The translations under genes and the position numbers were made by a program. Below are positions 62,690 to 64,000 of a stretch of 64,000 bases of DNA, one piece after another. Every line of letters starts with the position of its first letter. The first letter of the stretch is position 1. The stretch covers positions 496,001-560,000 of the forward strand of contig NIVC01000350.1 of assembly GCA_002269645.1 (NCBI GenBank), written 5' to 3'. The DNA is from Macrostomum lignano (lineage: Eukaryota). The notes beneath the pieces were generated by a model. That model saw nothing but the letters and a program-made list of their open reading frames with translations, was not told the origin of the DNA and did not search any database.

Positions 62690-63815
62690 AGCATTACTAA
62701 TCTGGAAGAGTGGTGCTAATATGGAGGAGTAGTGCTAATCTTGGCAAAGTGTTGCTAATCTGGGCGGGGTGCTAATTATTAGGGGTAGTGGTGCTAATCT
62801 GGGGGGGGGGGAAGTCTAGGGGCTCAGTAATGCTAATCCGAGGAGCGGTGCTAATCTGGGGAGCGGTGCTAATTTTGTATAAAACTGTGCTAATTTTTGG
62901 CAAGTTCTGCTAATTTTTGGGGAGTTGTGCTAATCTGGGGGTGGTGCTGATTTTGTATAAAACTGTGCTAATTTTTGGGAAGTTCTGCTAATTTTTGGGG
63001 AGTGGTGCGAATCTGGGGGAGTGGTGCTAATCTGGGGGGAGTGATGCTAATCTGGGGGGAGTGGTGCTAATCTTAGGGAGTGGTGCTAATCTGGGGAGAG
63101 TGGTGCTAATCTGGGAGAGTGGTGCTAATCTGGGGGGAGTGGTGCTAATCTGGGGGAGTGGTGCTAATCTGGGGGAGTGGTGCTAATCTGGGGAGTGGTG
63201 CTAATCTGGGGGAAGTAGTGCTAATCTGGAGGAAGTAGTGCTAATCTGGGGGAAGTAGTGCTAATCTAAGGGAGTGGTGCTATTTTTTGGGGAGTGGTGC
63301 TAATCCGGGGGAGTGGTGCTAATCTGGGGGAGTTGTGCTAATCTGGGAGAGTGGTGCTAATCTCGAGAAAATGCAGGCTACTAAGAGATGACTGCAGTTT
63401 GTTTTCCGGGATTAGAAGGGTTAATTTCAGGTTGCTGTGGGGACAACTTCTGAGATGATAATAGTAGCCGCCTAATGGCTGTTTGGGAGTAGTGCTAATC
63501 TGTGGAAGTAGTGCTAATCTGGGCAGAGTGTTAATATCGGCAGAGTGTTTATCTGAGCGGTGCTAATTGGTGGGGGCGTGGGGCTAATATGAGGAGAGTA
63601 GTGCTTATCTGGAGGAGTAGTTTTAATCTGAGAGGAATAGTGCTAATCTCGAGAGGAGAATTGCTAATCTGGAAAGAAGTAGTACTAATTAGGGGGGAGT
63701 AGGGCTAATCTTTTTGGAGTGCTAATCTGGGAGAGTGGTGCTAATCTGAGGGAGTAGGGCTAATCTAGTGAGGATTGGTGCTAATCGGGGGGAGTGATGC
63801 TAAACTGGGGAGAGT
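62690..63815. repeat. 18-20 bp G-rich minisatellite GTGGTGCTAATCTGGGGGA
   Basis: Recurring gtgctaatctggg; degenerate at both edges; interrupted at ~63365-63480. Confidence 0.92.
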
Positions 63816-64000
63816 AGAGCGAATCTGATGGTAGTCATCGTGTCAGGTTTTTCGCTCAAATATTGCACAATTCAATAATATTGCTATATTGCTAAATTCA
63901 ATCAATCAATAATGCTATTAATAACAAGACTAACTCATGAAATAAAATAACGAATAATGCTAAGAGGGCTATAAATGAATTAAAATTGCAAAGTTACAAA

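Overview
This is a eukaryotic (animal) genomic window, not a prokaryotic one. Spliceosomal GT-AG genes with GC-rich exons sit among very dense minisatellites, a style suggestive of a free-living flatworm such as Macrostomum (inference only). Six protein genes can be built. They are a 4-exon GT32 DXD glycosyltransferase (+), a 2-exon sulfide:quinone oxidoreductase (-), a 6-exon GH38 lysosomal alpha-mannosidase (+), an intronless Q-rich matrin/U1-type zinc-finger gene (+), a 2-exon gamma-tubulin (+), and a divergent M13 neprilysin-like peptidase (+) whose 3' part was not found in the window. Mobile DNA includes a head-to-tail dimer of a non-autonomous Helitron (CTAG|TC junction, 3' hairpin, embedded Pol III-like boxes) with three diverged relatives. 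There are also two tRNA-Val-derived CORE-type SINEs, two decayed mariners with TIRs and TA sites, a hAT-type MITE with an 8-bp TSD, three LINE fragments (one with an 18-bp TSD), two foldback palindromes and a MITE family. The most unusual pattern is that many introns carry their own private minisatellite. Several of these arrays start or end at a splice junction or stop codon, and some units contain AG|GT splice-like cores. Most long ORFs in the supplied track are artefacts of these repeats. All coordinates and alignments were read by eye.
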